64,000 nt of DNA from an uncultured Gemmatimonadales bacterium (GTDB taxonomy: Bacteria; Gemmatimonadota; Gemmatimonadetes; Gemmatimonadales; Gemmatimonadaceae): assembly GCA_963850905.1 (NCBI GenBank), contig CAWKMU010000003.1, positions 2,752,001-2,816,000 on the forward strand. Reading direction: 5' to 3'. A program made the translations under genes and the position numbers. The notes beneath the pieces were generated by a model. That model did no database searches. It saw nothing but the letters and a program-made list of their open reading frames with translations, and had not been told where the DNA came from. Shown here piece by piece: positions 11,001-20,765 of the stretch (position 1 is the stretch's first letter; every line of letters starts with the position of its first letter).

Positions 11001-11226
11001 GATAGGCGTCGACCGGCAGCCGCGTCAGCGACCAGATGCCGAGTCCGACCATCGTCGCGACGAGGAGCGTGACCAGCAGGGGCTGACCGAGCGCGCCTCG
11101 AACCAACCGATTGATGATGCTGACAGGGGCGCCGACCGCAGGTTCGACCAGCGATTCACCTGCTTCGAACGACGATCCGGGATCCTCGAGCCTGGGGGGA
11201 TGGCGCGACGGCGGTTGCGTCATCAC
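8044..11226 (-). CDS. CzcA/CusA family heavy-metal RND transporter
   Basis: 1060 aa; DAYPDL, AIDFGILVDASVVMVEN, RLRPIAMTALVA motifs. Confidence 0.95.
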   Translation of the reverse strand: MMTQPPSRHPPRLEDPGSSFEAGESLVEPAVGAPVSIINRLVRGALGQPLLVTLLVATMVGLGIWSLTRLPVDAYPDLSPPMVEVITQWPGRATEEVERLITVPVEIGMYGIPQLRVVRSISLYGLSDVIMTFQDNVDPYFAREQAFQRLNDITLPNGVTPSIAPLSSPSGLVYRYVLQSPDRSPMDLKTIDDWDISKVYRAVPGVADLSPLGGPTMQYQVLIDPIKLAGAGLTVPMVAASLGANNDNAGGGFYSEGGQFYYVRGLGRVATPQDIGNIVVAVKNGTPVLVKDIGQVVIGQAPRLGQFGYDSANDAVEGVILMRTGEQAQTVLKRVETATDFLNRTLPKDVHIEPFYDRSELIRLTTRTVAGNLLRGIVLVVVVLVFFLYDVRSGLIVATTIPLSLLFAFICLDLRHIPANLLSIGAIDFGILVDASVVMVENIHRQLAIRHGTTYSTRDVIAGAAAQVDRPIVYAVAVIVTGFLPIYVLSGPSGRLFKPMADTMIYALIGALLVALTTLPILCLFVLRKGVRDRRNPTFEWIRDHYMRLLHWCLERPRTTLAISVGILLLTIPLWFSLGAEFMPKLDEGALWVRATMPYTISFDESSHIVPQIRAVLHSFPEVTVVADEHGRPDDGTDPTGFFNAEFYVGLKPYNEWTGPYRNKNEFIDAVNRKLQVFPGITFNYTQPAEDAVDEAETGLKSSLDVKVFGSDLAVLEERGKLIKHVMERVRGITHTTLVQELGQPSLTVDIDRDKIARYGINVADVNALIEAAVGGQAATQVVQGEKLFDLVVRLQPQYRETPQAIGNILVATPAGQQIPIRDLATIRISQGAAFIYRQDNSRYIGIQYSVEGRDLASAVQEAQAAVAREVKLPQGYRVVWGGEYQEYTASRAELRIVLPVTLALILAVLFALYRNFKFPLITLLGVVLSDPIGGVVALAITHTPVSVSSAIGFLALFGVSVQTAVVYISYANELRLAGISITEAARQAARLRLRPIAMTALVAALGLLPAALATGVGTDTQRPFALVIVGGLFSRLLISIFLMPVLYEMVARPGDYLAV

Positions 11227-12458
11227 TGGCTTTCGGCGAACTGGATGAAGAGACCGCCTTCCGACACGACGCGGTCACCAGCCGCGAGCCCCTGCGTAAC
11301 TTCGTATTCGTCGCCAACGCGCGAGCCAAGCGTGATGGATCGACGGTCGTATCCTCCATCCGCTTGGGCGAGGAAGACGAAGGGAAGGTCTTCCTCGTCG
11401 CGTAAGACCGAGGAGACCGGCGCAAGGATGCCCTGCCGCGGCTTTGCTGCCTCGATGGCGACACGCACGTACATGTCGCGCTTGAGGAGCTCGTGCTTGT
11501 TCTGCACGACGACGCGGACGGACGTTGCGCGCGTCGCCGTATCCACGATCGCCGCCACGTAGTCCACTCGCCCACGCAGCGTGTCCGGCCACGCGTCGGT
11601 CGTGATCCACGCCGGCTCGCCCCGCGAGACGTCGGCGAGGTTCGATTCGAACACGTTGGCCATGACCCACATGCTCGAGAGGTCGGCGATCGTAAATGCC
11701 TGCGTCTGCCCGGCCTGCACGACCTCGCCGGGGTTGATGAGCTTCTCCACCACGACTCCGGCTATGGGCGCACGGATGACGCCAGGCGCGGGCGGCGACG
11801 GCCGCCCTTCGCGGATCGCGTCGATCGTCGACGAGTCCACCCCAAAAGCCACCATTTGCTCGATCGCCGCCTCGCGATCGGCCCAGGCCGACGCGGAGTC
11901 GGATCGTGCCTGATCCAGGTCGCTGCGCGCGATCGCATCGTTCTTGAAGAGCTGCTCGTCGAGCAGCGCGATGCGCGTGGTGTTGCGGAGCGCGGTTTGC
12001 GCCTTCTGAAACGCCGCCATCGCCTGGGCAAAGTCAGGCGACGTCACGCGGGCCAGAGCTGTCCCTGGCTGCACACGCGTGCCCGTCGTGACCAGGATCT
12101 GCGCGACGGGACCGGAGATCTGTGTCAGCACCGGCGTCGACCGGTCGCCGTCAAACGCGGCGGTCCCCGTCGTGATGATGGTGGGCCGGTAGGTTGACGG
12201 CGTGATCGTGACGGTGTGAATGCGCGCGCGCTGTTCCTCGGTCAGGAAAAAAGCGGAGTGCGCCGGTGTCGCTGAGGGCGAGCTGGCCGCGCTACCCCCC
12301 GCGGCGTCGCCCCCCTGCGTCGTCGCCGCCGACCGCGAGCAGGCTCCGGCGGCTACGGTCGTCCCTAGTAACGCCAGTGCACACCGGCGCCACATACCCG
12401 CGCGGCCTGCTGTGGATGTGTCGTGTCGTCTTCGTAAACTGGCAGCCCTAGTGGGCAT
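11223..12458 (-). CDS. RND periplasmic adaptor (CzcB-like membrane fusion protein)
   Basis: IRAPIAGVV, IADLSSMWVMANVFE, DTATR; lipobox; overlaps the RND gene start. Confidence 0.92.
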   Translation of the reverse strand: MPTRAASLRRRHDTSTAGRAGMWRRCALALLGTTVAAGACSRSAATTQGGDAAGGSAASSPSATPAHSAFFLTEEQRARIHTVTITPSTYRPTIITTGTAAFDGDRSTPVLTQISGPVAQILVTTGTRVQPGTALARVTSPDFAQAMAAFQKAQTALRNTTRIALLDEQLFKNDAIARSDLDQARSDSASAWADREAAIEQMVAFGVDSSTIDAIREGRPSPPAPGVIRAPIAGVVVEKLINPGEVVQAGQTQAFTIADLSSMWVMANVFESNLADVSRGEPAWITTDAWPDTLRGRVDYVAAIVDTATRATSVRVVVQNKHELLKRDMYVRVAIEAAKPRQGILAPVSSVLRDEEDLPFVFLAQADGGYDRRSITLGSRVGDEYEVTQGLAAGDRVVSEGGLFIQFAESQ

Positions 12459-13905
12459 TGTTGGCTCCCGATCGGAAGTCTGACAACGGCGCCGCCGCCG
12501 CACGCGCCAGGTCGGCCTGCGCGGCGTTCGCGGCGGCCAATGCATCGGTATACTGGCTCTCGGCCGATACGAGATCCGTGCGCGCCTGGATCACGTCGAG
12601 CGCGGACGATCCGCCAATCGCATAACTGGCGGCCGCGATCCGGTACTCCTCCCGCGCCCCCGGCACGACCTGGTCGCGCAGGTAGAGCAGCTGCTGGAGG
12701 GTCGTCGCGGCCGTCGCGTAGCTGACACGAACATCCTGATCGACCTCCGCGCGCAAGTCTCGGTACGACGCGGCCAGCTCGGCCTCGTGATGCCGCGCCT
12801 GGGCGAGATCACCCGATGTGTGCTGGAAGAAGAACACAGGCAACGGCACACTCAAGCCGTACTGCCAATAAACGTTCTGGTTCGGGATGTACGCGTCCGG
12901 TGCACCAAAATCTTTGCTGATGGCGAAAAACAGGTCCGGGATCCAGTACTCGGCCGCGAGCACCGTCGACGCATGCGCCCCCGACTGCTGCGCCTGCAGA
13001 CCGGCGAGCTCGGGACGATTGGCGAGTGCATGCGCCTCCAACGGCGCGAGGTCGGGGAGCGCCGGCGGCACGCCCAGAGTGTCGGCCGGCATGAGCGGAG
13101 TGGGCAACGCCCGCCCGAGCAGGCGATTGAGGGACGCGCGGGCATTCGCGATCGCGAGGCCATTCGCGAGGAGCGAGTTGCCAGCCTGGCCGACGGCCAC
13201 CTGTGCACGCACGACATCGAGCTTCGCCGCGGTGCCGGCCGCATACCGTGCCTGAGTCTTGGTCAGGAAGTCCGCCGCTAGCCCGTAGCTATCGGTCAGG
13301 TCTGTGCGGTGTCGCAAAGCTACGCGCATCGAGTCGTACGTTTGCGCCGTCTGTGATTCGATTTGTTGTCTGAGCGCCTTGTAGGCGTACTCGGCGCTTC
13401 GAACCCCGGCCGTTCCGATATTGTATTGAAGCCGAAACTTGTCCGGGAATGGGACGGTCAAGGAGGCCGAGAGCGGTTTGTACGCCGGAGCACCGGCTTG
13501 GGTCGTGATCGACGCCGAACCGATTGGGTCCGGAATGGCGACATCCTGCACTCGCTGGGCGCGGGCTTCCGCCGTCTGCTGGCGAGCGACCTCCAGTTGT
13601 GGATTGTGCGCCAGCGCCTCGGCAACCGCTTGCTCCCTCGTCAACCGTACGGTGTCTCGCGCGACGGTGTCCATTTGCCGGACACCAGCCATCGCCTCGC
13701 GTGCGGCGCGGTCGGGACTGAGTTCTCGCACCATGTTGGAGGTGTCGGCCAGGTTGGGCAGCAGGGGGTAACGGAGTCCGAGCCCAGTCCGGGTTGAATC
13801 GCGGTGCGCGCCAGTATCGGCCGCTTGGCCGGGTGTCGTGGGCTGCTGGCCACGGGCCGCTGATGGGACAACAGCCAGTGCGCACCACACAACGTAGAGC
13901 CGCAT
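12448..13905 (-). CDS. TolC/CzcC family outer membrane factor
   Basis: Signal peptide; AVAEALAHNP, ARYAAG...LDVVRAQ, YAIGGSSALDVIQA OEP repeats. Confidence 0.9.
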   Translation of the reverse strand: MRLYVVWCALAVVPSAARGQQPTTPGQAADTGAHRDSTRTGLGLRYPLLPNLADTSNMVRELSPDRAAREAMAGVRQMDTVARDTVRLTREQAVAEALAHNPQLEVARQQTAEARAQRVQDVAIPDPIGSASITTQAGAPAYKPLSASLTVPFPDKFRLQYNIGTAGVRSAEYAYKALRQQIESQTAQTYDSMRVALRHRTDLTDSYGLAADFLTKTQARYAAGTAAKLDVVRAQVAVGQAGNSLLANGLAIANARASLNRLLGRALPTPLMPADTLGVPPALPDLAPLEAHALANRPELAGLQAQQSGAHASTVLAAEYWIPDLFFAISKDFGAPDAYIPNQNVYWQYGLSVPLPVFFFQHTSGDLAQARHHEAELAASYRDLRAEVDQDVRVSYATAATTLQQLLYLRDQVVPGAREEYRIAAASYAIGGSSALDVIQARTDLVSAESQYTDALAAANAAQADLARAAAAPLSDFRSGANNAH

Positions 13906-14177
13906 GATCCCGGTGTGGAGGGAGAAGGGACGACCGTGGCGCACGCCCGCTCGCGCGGGCGACGCGAAAATATGGCCCCCGCCGCCTACAAAGAGCGACA
14001 GATACCTGACTTTGGAGCTGGGCCGGCCGGCCCCCGGATCGAGGGCGACGGGCGCGCCGCTAGACGGGCGCGGCAAACCGGGGCGGTCGATGGCAGGCAC
14101 GCACAACGCTCTATACGCACCAGACCGGGCAGACGCTTGGACATCCCTCGTATATATCTCTAAAGGGGGAACGGGTC

Positions 14178-14717
14178 ATGCGTGCCAGCATCCGACAGAT
14201 CATAGATCCTTGCACCGCCGCCCGACAGGCGCGTCGGTGGCACGTTCGCGCGATATCCGTGCTCCGTCCGCGCCAATGCCACCGGTCAGTGGCTCTCGAC
14301 TCTCCCTGGTCCACGCCGCCGTCAACCCATGCGAGCCCGCGGAGATCCCGCGCCCTCCTGCTGGGCTTCGCCGTGTGCGCATCACTGTCGGTTATCAGTT
14401 GCAACACCAAGGCCCTCGACAGCAGCCCGTGCGGCAGCGTCGACTCGGTGACCGAGCTGCAACCGCTGATCCTGTCGGTGAGCGGCAGTTTCCCCGACAC
14501 GACCGCGACACAGCTCGTTCTCGTTATCACGCCCCCATCCGGCACGGCCCGACAGTTCTTGTCGTCCTCGCTCACGACGACGACCGCGATCATCCCCTTG
14601 ACCGCAACCCCGCAGCTCGCATCGGGTACGTACCCCGCGCAATGGATGATGAACGGGTGTGTGACTCCACACCAGACACAGATCCTCGGCCCGGGTAGCG
14701 TCACGATCACCAACTAA
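14178..14717 (+). CDS. Hypothetical lipoprotein (beta-rich); start uncertain
   Basis: Hydrophobic stretch ending VISC followed by a Thr/Ser-rich domain; purine-rich RBS before ATG 14178. Confidence 0.5.
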   Translation: MRASIRQIIDPCTAARQARRWHVRAISVLRPRQCHRSVALDSPWSTPPSTHASPRRSRALLLGFAVCASLSVISCNTKALDSSPCGSVDSVTELQPLILSVSGSFPDTTATQLVLVITPPSGTARQFLSSSLTTTTAIIPLTATPQLASGTYPAQWMMNGCVTPHQTQILGPGSVTITN

Positions 14718-14875
14718 CCGCGGCGCGGGGCATGCCCGAAAAGAGGGAGAGCTAAGAGGAATCAAGACGTACCATACCCGGCGAACTGCGGATGGTGCCC
14801 GGGTCTCTCTCTTGTTCCCGATCTCAATTCGGTCGTCTCGGGCGCGAGGCGCCCGAACGTGTTAGAGTCTACGCC

Positions 14876-15889
14876 ATGAATCTGCGGCCAGGTGGCCGGT
14901 GGACGAGTCCGAGCCGGATACTCCGCCAGGGCGCCCAAGCACTCCGAGTACTCATCTGGATGGTCGCGGCGATCACGGCCTGCGGCGACCACCGCGACGC
15001 GAGCGTGCCCGCGGCTGCGACGCCCGAGTCGGGGGGCCCGGCCAGCAGCGGCAAGCGGATCGGCGTGACCCTGCTGACCAAGGAGCAGGAGTTCTACCGG
15101 CAGCTCGAGGGTGGCCTTCGACGCGAGGCTGCGGCCAATGGGTATCAGCTGCTGGTAACCTCCGGCGACTTCGATCTCGCCCGGCAGCAGGCCGAGATCG
15201 ACAACTTCATTGTCCAGCGGGTCGACGCGATTGTGGTCTGTCCGGTGGACTCAAAAGGGATCGGGCCGGCGATCGAACGCGCCAAGGCAGCCGGGATTCC
15301 CGTGTTCACGGCGGATATCCGCGCCTACGGCGTGTCGGTGGTGGCACACGTCGCCTCCGACAACCGCGAGGGGGGCCGCGAGGCTGCAGCATTCATGGCG
15401 CAGGCGATCGGTCAACGCGGCACCGTTGGCATCATCGGCCAGGCCGAAACCGAGACGGGCTATGAGCGAGCGCACGCGTTCACCGACGCCATGGCATCCT
15501 ATCCCAATATCCACGTGGTCGGAGAGCTCAACGGTGGGGGTGTACGCGATCGCGCCCTCAAAGTCGCCGAAGACATGCTCCAGGCGCATCCCAACCTCAC
15601 GGGCATCTTCGCGATCAACGATGAGATGGCGCTCGGCGCACTGTCGGCGGCCCAGGCGCGCGGCAAGACACCCGATGACTTCACTATCGTGGGTTACGAT
15701 GCCGACCCCGAGGCGGTCACCGCGATCCGCGGACATACGCCGCTCAAGGCGGACATCGTGCAGCATCCCGATCGCATCGGCGTGGGGACCATCGACGCGA
15801 TTTCGCGTTACTTCGCCCACCAGGCAGTCGATTCCCTGATCACGATCCCGGTCGTGACCTTCGACGGACGTTCGGAGCCGACCAGCTGA
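14876..15889 (+). CDS. Sugar ABC transporter substrate-binding lipoprotein (RbsB-like)
   Basis: Lipobox AITAC; VDAIVVCP, VASDN, FAINDEMALGA, GYD motifs. Confidence 0.92.
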   Translation: MNLRPGGRWTSPSRILRQGAQALRVLIWMVAAITACGDHRDASVPAAATPESGGPASSGKRIGVTLLTKEQEFYRQLEGGLRREAAANGYQLLVTSGDFDLARQQAEIDNFIVQRVDAIVVCPVDSKGIGPAIERAKAAGIPVFTADIRAYGVSVVAHVASDNREGGREAAAFMAQAIGQRGTVGIIGQAETETGYERAHAFTDAMASYPNIHVVGELNGGGVRDRALKVAEDMLQAHPNLTGIFAINDEMALGALSAAQARGKTPDDFTIVGYDADPEAVTAIRGHTPLKADIVQHPDRIGVGTIDAISRYFAHQAVDSLITIPVVTFDGRSEPTS

Positions 15890-15899
15890 AGGTGCCGCT

Positions 15900-17438
15900 G
15901 TGAACGCCTCGGATCGCGCGGCGCATGGCAACACGATATTGAGCGCCTCCGGCGTTTCGGTTCGATTCGGGACGGTGGCAGCTTTGACTGAGGTCGATTT
16001 CAGCGTACGCGCGGGAGTTGTCCACGCCCTCGTCGGCGAGAACGGCGCCGGGAAGTCGACGCTCATGCGAGTCTTGTCAGGCGCCATCCATCCTGACCGT
16101 GGCGCGCTGGCATTGGACGGTACTCCCGTCTTCTTCGCATCACCCCGCGATGCGCGCCGCGCTGGCGTTCGGATGATTCACCAGGAATTGAGTTTGGTTC
16201 CCGCGCTGTCGGTTGCAGAGAACATCTTCCTCGGAGTCGAGCCATCAACCTGCGGCGTGGTGCGGCGGGATCGGATGCGGGGGGACGCGCACGCGGTCCT
16301 GTCGGTGCTCGGAGAAGCGATCGATCCCGACGCACGGGTCGGCATGCTTTCGCTCGCCCGGCGCGAGATGGTGGAGATTGCCAGGGCGCTCGCGGCGGCG
16401 CTCAGGATTCTCATACTCGACGAGCCGACGGCCATCCTCTCGGCGCGGGAGACGGACGCCCTCTTCGCGCAGATTGCCAGGCTCAAGGAGTCAGGCGTCG
16501 GTGTCGTGTATTGCTCTCATCGGCTTGATGAGATCGCGTTGCTCGCTGACGAGATCACGGTGTTGCGAGATGGTGTCCGCGTGGCGCATGGCCCTGCACG
16601 AGCCATGTCGCGCGACGAGATGATCCGCCTCATGGTGGGCCGCACCCTGCAGACGCGCGCGCCCGTTCCTGACGCGCGCGCGACAGCAGTCACCGCCGCT
16701 CCTGATGTCTTGCGGGTCGTCGGGCTCGATACGCCGGTCGTGCATGATGCATCCGTCGCGATTCGCGGTGGGGAGATCGTGGCGCTGGTCGGACTCGTTG
16801 GCGCGGGTCGCACGGAGCTCGCGCGAGCGATCGTGGGGGCGGACCGCCGCCACGGCGGGCAGATCCTGGTCGATGGTCGGGCGGTGGCCCCCCGGACGCC
16901 CGGGGAAGCGATGCGAGCCGGCATCGCATATGTGAGCGAGGATCGCAAGGCGGGCGCGCTCATCCCCCTGGCCTCCGTGTGCCACAACATCACGCTCGCC
17001 CGCCTGCGGTCATTCGCGCGCGGTCGCCTCGTGCCGGTCCTGGACCGAACGCGCGAGCGAACGGCGGCGGGGACATGGGTCGCTGCGCTGCGGATCAAGG
17101 TCCGGGACCTCGACCAACCCGTCGACCGTCTCTCGGGCGGGAACCAGCAGAAAATCGTGCTGGCCCGCTGGCTCATGGAGGAGGGCCCACCGCTCCGCGT
17201 GCTCATCGTTGACGAACCGACGCGGGGCGTCGATGCCGGTGCACGGGAAGAGATTCACTCCGTACTGCGTGGCCTGGCGGCTCGCGGCACGGCAGTCCTC
17301 GCGATCACCTCCGATCTCGAGGAAGCATTTGCGTTGAGTGACCGACTGCTCGTGATGCGCGAGGGGCACATCACCGGCACGCTCGCGACACGTGACGCAA
17401 CGGCGACGGACGTGGCCGCGCTCATGGTTCCGGCGTAG
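15900..17438 (+). CDS. Sugar ABC transporter ATP-binding protein (RbsA-like, two NBDs)
   Basis: GENGAGKST, LDEPT, LSGGNQQK, DEPTRGVD. Confidence 0.95.
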   Translation: MNASDRAAHGNTILSASGVSVRFGTVAALTEVDFSVRAGVVHALVGENGAGKSTLMRVLSGAIHPDRGALALDGTPVFFASPRDARRAGVRMIHQELSLVPALSVAENIFLGVEPSTCGVVRRDRMRGDAHAVLSVLGEAIDPDARVGMLSLARREMVEIARALAAALRILILDEPTAILSARETDALFAQIARLKESGVGVVYCSHRLDEIALLADEITVLRDGVRVAHGPARAMSRDEMIRLMVGRTLQTRAPVPDARATAVTAAPDVLRVVGLDTPVVHDASVAIRGGEIVALVGLVGAGRTELARAIVGADRRHGGQILVDGRAVAPRTPGEAMRAGIAYVSEDRKAGALIPLASVCHNITLARLRSFARGRLVPVLDRTRERTAAGTWVAALRIKVRDLDQPVDRLSGGNQQKIVLARWLMEEGPPLRVLIVDEPTRGVDAGAREEIHSVLRGLAARGTAVLAITSDLEEAFALSDRLLVMREGHITGTLATRDATATDVAALMVPA

Positions 17439-17443
17439 GTCCG

Positions 17444-18322
17444 ATGACCGGCTTCCTCTCCGCGTTCTTCTCGGTCGCAAACCTCATTAACGTCGCGCTG
17501 TCGATTGCCGTGATCGCCATCCTCGGCGTCGGCATGACCGCCGTCATCATCACGGGCGGGATCGATCTCGCCGTGGGCTCCGCCGTGGCGCTCGTCGGAA
17601 TCGTCAGCGCCGTAGCGGCGCACGCGCCATCGGCGGGGTGGGCTGCGGGCGCTGCTGTGCTGGCGGTGCTCGCGGGCCTGGCGACCGGAGCGGTGAGTGG
17701 CGCGGTGACGGGCGCGCTGGTGGCACACCTTCGCGTGCCGGCGTTTCTGGCGACGCTCGCGCTCTTGTCGATCGATCGCGGGCTCGCGTTTGTCGTCGGT
17801 GGAGGCCGTTCGATCGGCGACCTGCCGCCGGGACTCCTCGTACTGGGGCAACGCAACTGGCTTGGACTGCCAATCCCCGTGTGGCTCATGGCCGCAGCGG
17901 TCGGCGGGGGCTGGTTCGTGCTGACCCGCACGGTCTGGGGTCGTTGGGTCTACGCCGTTGGTGGCAACGAGGAGGCGACCTGGCTCGCGGGGATTGATAC
18001 TCGGGCAGTCGTGTTCTGGACCTATGTCGCAAATGGTTTGATTGTCGGTGTTGCCGGTTTGGTATTGACCGCGCGACTCGGGGCCGCCGTGCCCAACGCC
18101 GGCCTGGGGTACGAGCTCGATGTCATTGCAGCCGTTGTTGTCGGCGGGACCGCACTCACCGGGGGCCGCGGCTCGGTGCTCGGCACGCTGGCGGGCGCGG
18201 TCTTCATCGGTGTGCTCAACAACGCCCTCAATCTCGCGGATGTCGACCCGTACCTCCAACGCATCGCCGTAGGCGTCGTCATTCTTGCTGCCGTCCTCGC
18301 CGATCGACTCCGCCCACGATGA
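17444..18322 (+). CDS. Sugar ABC transporter permease (RbsC-like)
   Basis: GGIDLAVGS, YAVGGNEEA, YELDVIAAVVVGG. Confidence 0.94.
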   Translation: MTGFLSAFFSVANLINVALSIAVIAILGVGMTAVIITGGIDLAVGSAVALVGIVSAVAAHAPSAGWAAGAAVLAVLAGLATGAVSGAVTGALVAHLRVPAFLATLALLSIDRGLAFVVGGGRSIGDLPPGLLVLGQRNWLGLPIPVWLMAAAVGGGWFVLTRTVWGRWVYAVGGNEEATWLAGIDTRAVVFWTYVANGLIVGVAGLVLTARLGAAVPNAGLGYELDVIAAVVVGGTALTGGRGSVLGTLAGAVFIGVLNNALNLADVDPYLQRIAVGVVILAAVLADRLRPR

Positions 18323-19284
18323 CGGCGAGCGACCCGCGGGACACGATCATCGGCATCAATGTCGGTGGGACGAAGACGAGCGTCGTCGAAGGTGCTCGCA
18401 ATGGACAGATCCTCATGCGCAGTGAGCGCCCGACCGAGGCCGCGGTCCGATTTGCCGACACGTGGCCCGCGCTCGCCAAACAGATCAGTGACACGATTAC
18501 GCGGTCGCAACAAATGGGACGCCGGCCCACGGCGATCAGCGTCGCGGTCGGCGGTCCCCTCAATGCGCGGGATGGCCGCCTGATCGACCCTCCGAATCTC
18601 CCTGGATGGCACAACGTCGCGCTTGCGGACCATCTGAAGGAGCGGTTCTCGGGGCTGGCTGTTCATGTGGAACATGATGCCAAGGCCGGCGCGGCCGCCG
18701 AGCTCCGGTTCGGTGTGGGCGCCACCCGGCCATGGCTGACCGACATGGTGTTTCTCACGTTCGGGACTGGTCTCGGAGCGGGCATCATCGCCGCGGGCCG
18801 CCTGCTGCGTGGCGGGCACGAGATGGCGGGTGAGCTGTGGGGTCTCGCTGTCCACGCGCCCGATGGCGCCAAGGTCCAGGAGATCAATGGTTGGGAGAGT
18901 GCGGCATCCGGTCGAGGCATCTCCGAGCTGGCAGTGCGGCTCCATCCCTCCCGGTGGCCTGGAGGCACTGAGACGCGCGAAATCGTGGATGCGGCCCTTG
19001 CGGACGACGTCGACGCGCTCGACGTCGTGGTGGAATGTGGGCAATGGCTGGGTGCCGGGATCGCGGCGCTCATCAGCATTCTCGATCCACAACTGGTTGT
19101 CGTTGGGAGTCTCGCGGTCGCGCTCGGCGATCGAGTGCTGGATCCGGCGCGTGCCGAGGTCGCAGCACGTCTTCCGTCACGAAGCAATGCCAGCCGGGCG
19201 ATCCTTCCCAGCGCGCTCGGCACTCGCCTCGGTGACGTTCAGTCTCTGATGGCCGCGATCGAAGCCGAGTCCACGGCGGCATAG
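18319..19284 (+). CDS. ROK family protein (sugar kinase-like, atypical motifs)
   Basis: GINVGGTK, PPNLPGW, FLTFGTGLGAG, AGE; no HTH domain. Confidence 0.88.
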   Translation: MTASDPRDTIIGINVGGTKTSVVEGARNGQILMRSERPTEAAVRFADTWPALAKQISDTITRSQQMGRRPTAISVAVGGPLNARDGRLIDPPNLPGWHNVALADHLKERFSGLAVHVEHDAKAGAAAELRFGVGATRPWLTDMVFLTFGTGLGAGIIAAGRLLRGGHEMAGELWGLAVHAPDGAKVQEINGWESAASGRGISELAVRLHPSRWPGGTETREIVDAALADDVDALDVVVECGQWLGAGIAALISILDPQLVVVGSLAVALGDRVLDPARAEVAARLPSRSNASRAILPSALGTRLGDVQSLMAAIEAESTAA

Positions 19285-20573
19285 CCCTCACCGCCGCGCA
19301 GCACCGCAGTCGCGACCGAGCGGATCTCTCGGTCCGGTCGGACGGCCGCCCACGCGACTGCCGCCACGAGGCAGAGGCCCGCCGCAGTAAAGAACGACGC
19401 TGACCACCCGAAATGGTCGCCGATCCACGGCGTCAAGATCGTGGTGGTGAAGCCGCCGATCTGCGCACCCATGTTCATCACGCCCGAGACTGCCCCTGCC
19501 GACGGGCCGGCAATGTCGGCGCTCGCCGACCAGAACGAGCTCTGTGCGAGGTATAACGTGCCCGCCCCGCCTGCGAGGATCACCGCCGCGAGCCGCGCGT
19601 CGACGATCGTCGGCCCGATGGCGATGAAGACGGCGGCCACTGTGACAGCTGCGGACGCAAACAGGCAGCGTCCGACTCGGGGTCCGAAGCGTTGTGTCAG
19701 CCGATCGTTGATCCAGCCCCCACAACTCGAGCCAAGCGCCATCCCAAGCCCGGGGAGCATCGCGTATCGCGCCGTCGCGTGGAGGTCGAGATGGCGTAAC
19801 GTGCTCAGATAGGTGAAGAACCAGTTGAAGAAGATGTAGGCTGAGTAGCCGTAGCAGAAATACGCGAGGGTGAGCAGCGCCACGTCGCGATTCAGCAGAA
19901 TGTCCCGCCACGGCAGTGGTGCGGTCGCGACGCTCGCCGACACCCCGTCGCGGATGAGTGCGCGCTCGGTGGGCGAAACTCGTGCGCTCTCATCCGGCGT
20001 GTCCCGGGCGACCACGAACCACGCAGCCCCCACGAGGAGTCCGAGCACGCCGCACACCGGAAACGACGCGCGCCAGCCATACCGTAGCATGACCTTGGTC
20101 ACAAGCGGGGCGGCGACTGCCGTCCCGATCCCGACCCCAGTGAAGATGATCCCGGTGGCGACGCCGCGTTCGCGAACGGGAATCCATCGCGCTACGACAC
20201 GGTTTGAGGCCGGATACATCGTGGCCTCGCCGACGCCGAGTGTGAAGCGGATCGCCAGGAACAGCCCTAATGCCAGCGATCCAACGGGCACAGCAGCAGA
20301 GAGGCTACTGAATACCGCCCACCACACTGCCGCGAGGGCGAGCGTGCGTCGCGGCCCGAGGACGTCGGCGACTCGGCCCGCCGGCGCCTGACAGAGCGCG
20401 TACCCAGCTGTGAAGGCGCCGAGAATCCAGGACAGTTGCTGGCGACTCAGTCCATAGTCGTGCGCCAGCGTGCTGCCGGCGACCGACATGTTGACGCGGT
20501 CAAGGTACGAAATCGCGCTCAGCAGAAACAGCCAGCCGATCAGCTGCCACCGCACCTGGCTCGAACCGCTCAT
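19239..20573 (-). CDS. MFS transporter, ACS (sugar-acid) family
   Basis: ISYLDRVNMS, GVGEA..YP, WIPVRERG motifs; highly hydrophobic. Confidence 0.9.
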   Translation of the reverse strand: MSGSSQVRWQLIGWLFLLSAISYLDRVNMSVAGSTLAHDYGLSRQQLSWILGAFTAGYALCQAPAGRVADVLGPRRTLALAAVWWAVFSSLSAAVPVGSLALGLFLAIRFTLGVGEATMYPASNRVVARWIPVRERGVATGIIFTGVGIGTAVAAPLVTKVMLRYGWRASFPVCGVLGLLVGAAWFVVARDTPDESARVSPTERALIRDGVSASVATAPLPWRDILLNRDVALLTLAYFCYGYSAYIFFNWFFTYLSTLRHLDLHATARYAMLPGLGMALGSSCGGWINDRLTQRFGPRVGRCLFASAAVTVAAVFIAIGPTIVDARLAAVILAGGAGTLYLAQSSFWSASADIAGPSAGAVSGVMNMGAQIGGFTTTILTPWIGDHFGWSASFFTAAGLCLVAAVAWAAVRPDREIRSVATAVLRGGEGYAAVDSASIAAIRD

Positions 20574-20612
20574 CCGCACCCCGCTTGGCTCCAGAATCGT
20601 TCAACCTCTCGA

Positions 20613-20661
20613 GCGTCCAACGTCTAACGTCCAACGTCTCACGTCCAGCGTCTGGCGTCCA
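20613..20661. repeat. Heptamer tandem array (RCGTCYN) x7
   Basis: gcgtcca acgtcta acgtcca acgtctc acgtcca gcgtctg gcgtcca. Confidence 0.85.
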
Positions 20662-20765
20662 GCCTTGCCTCGCGAACCTGGGAGAGTCACCTTGCAGGCG
20701 CTCCGTCCGGCACCGGTGTCCCACGCAACGTGACGTCGAGCGTCCCCCTGCTTCCGGAGGCGTGT

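Noticed and set aside
13906..14177. Riboswitch or metal-responsive leader upstream of the RND operon
   Set aside because: GC-rich pairing is possible but no known riboswitch consensus was recognisable; needs an Infernal/Rfam scan
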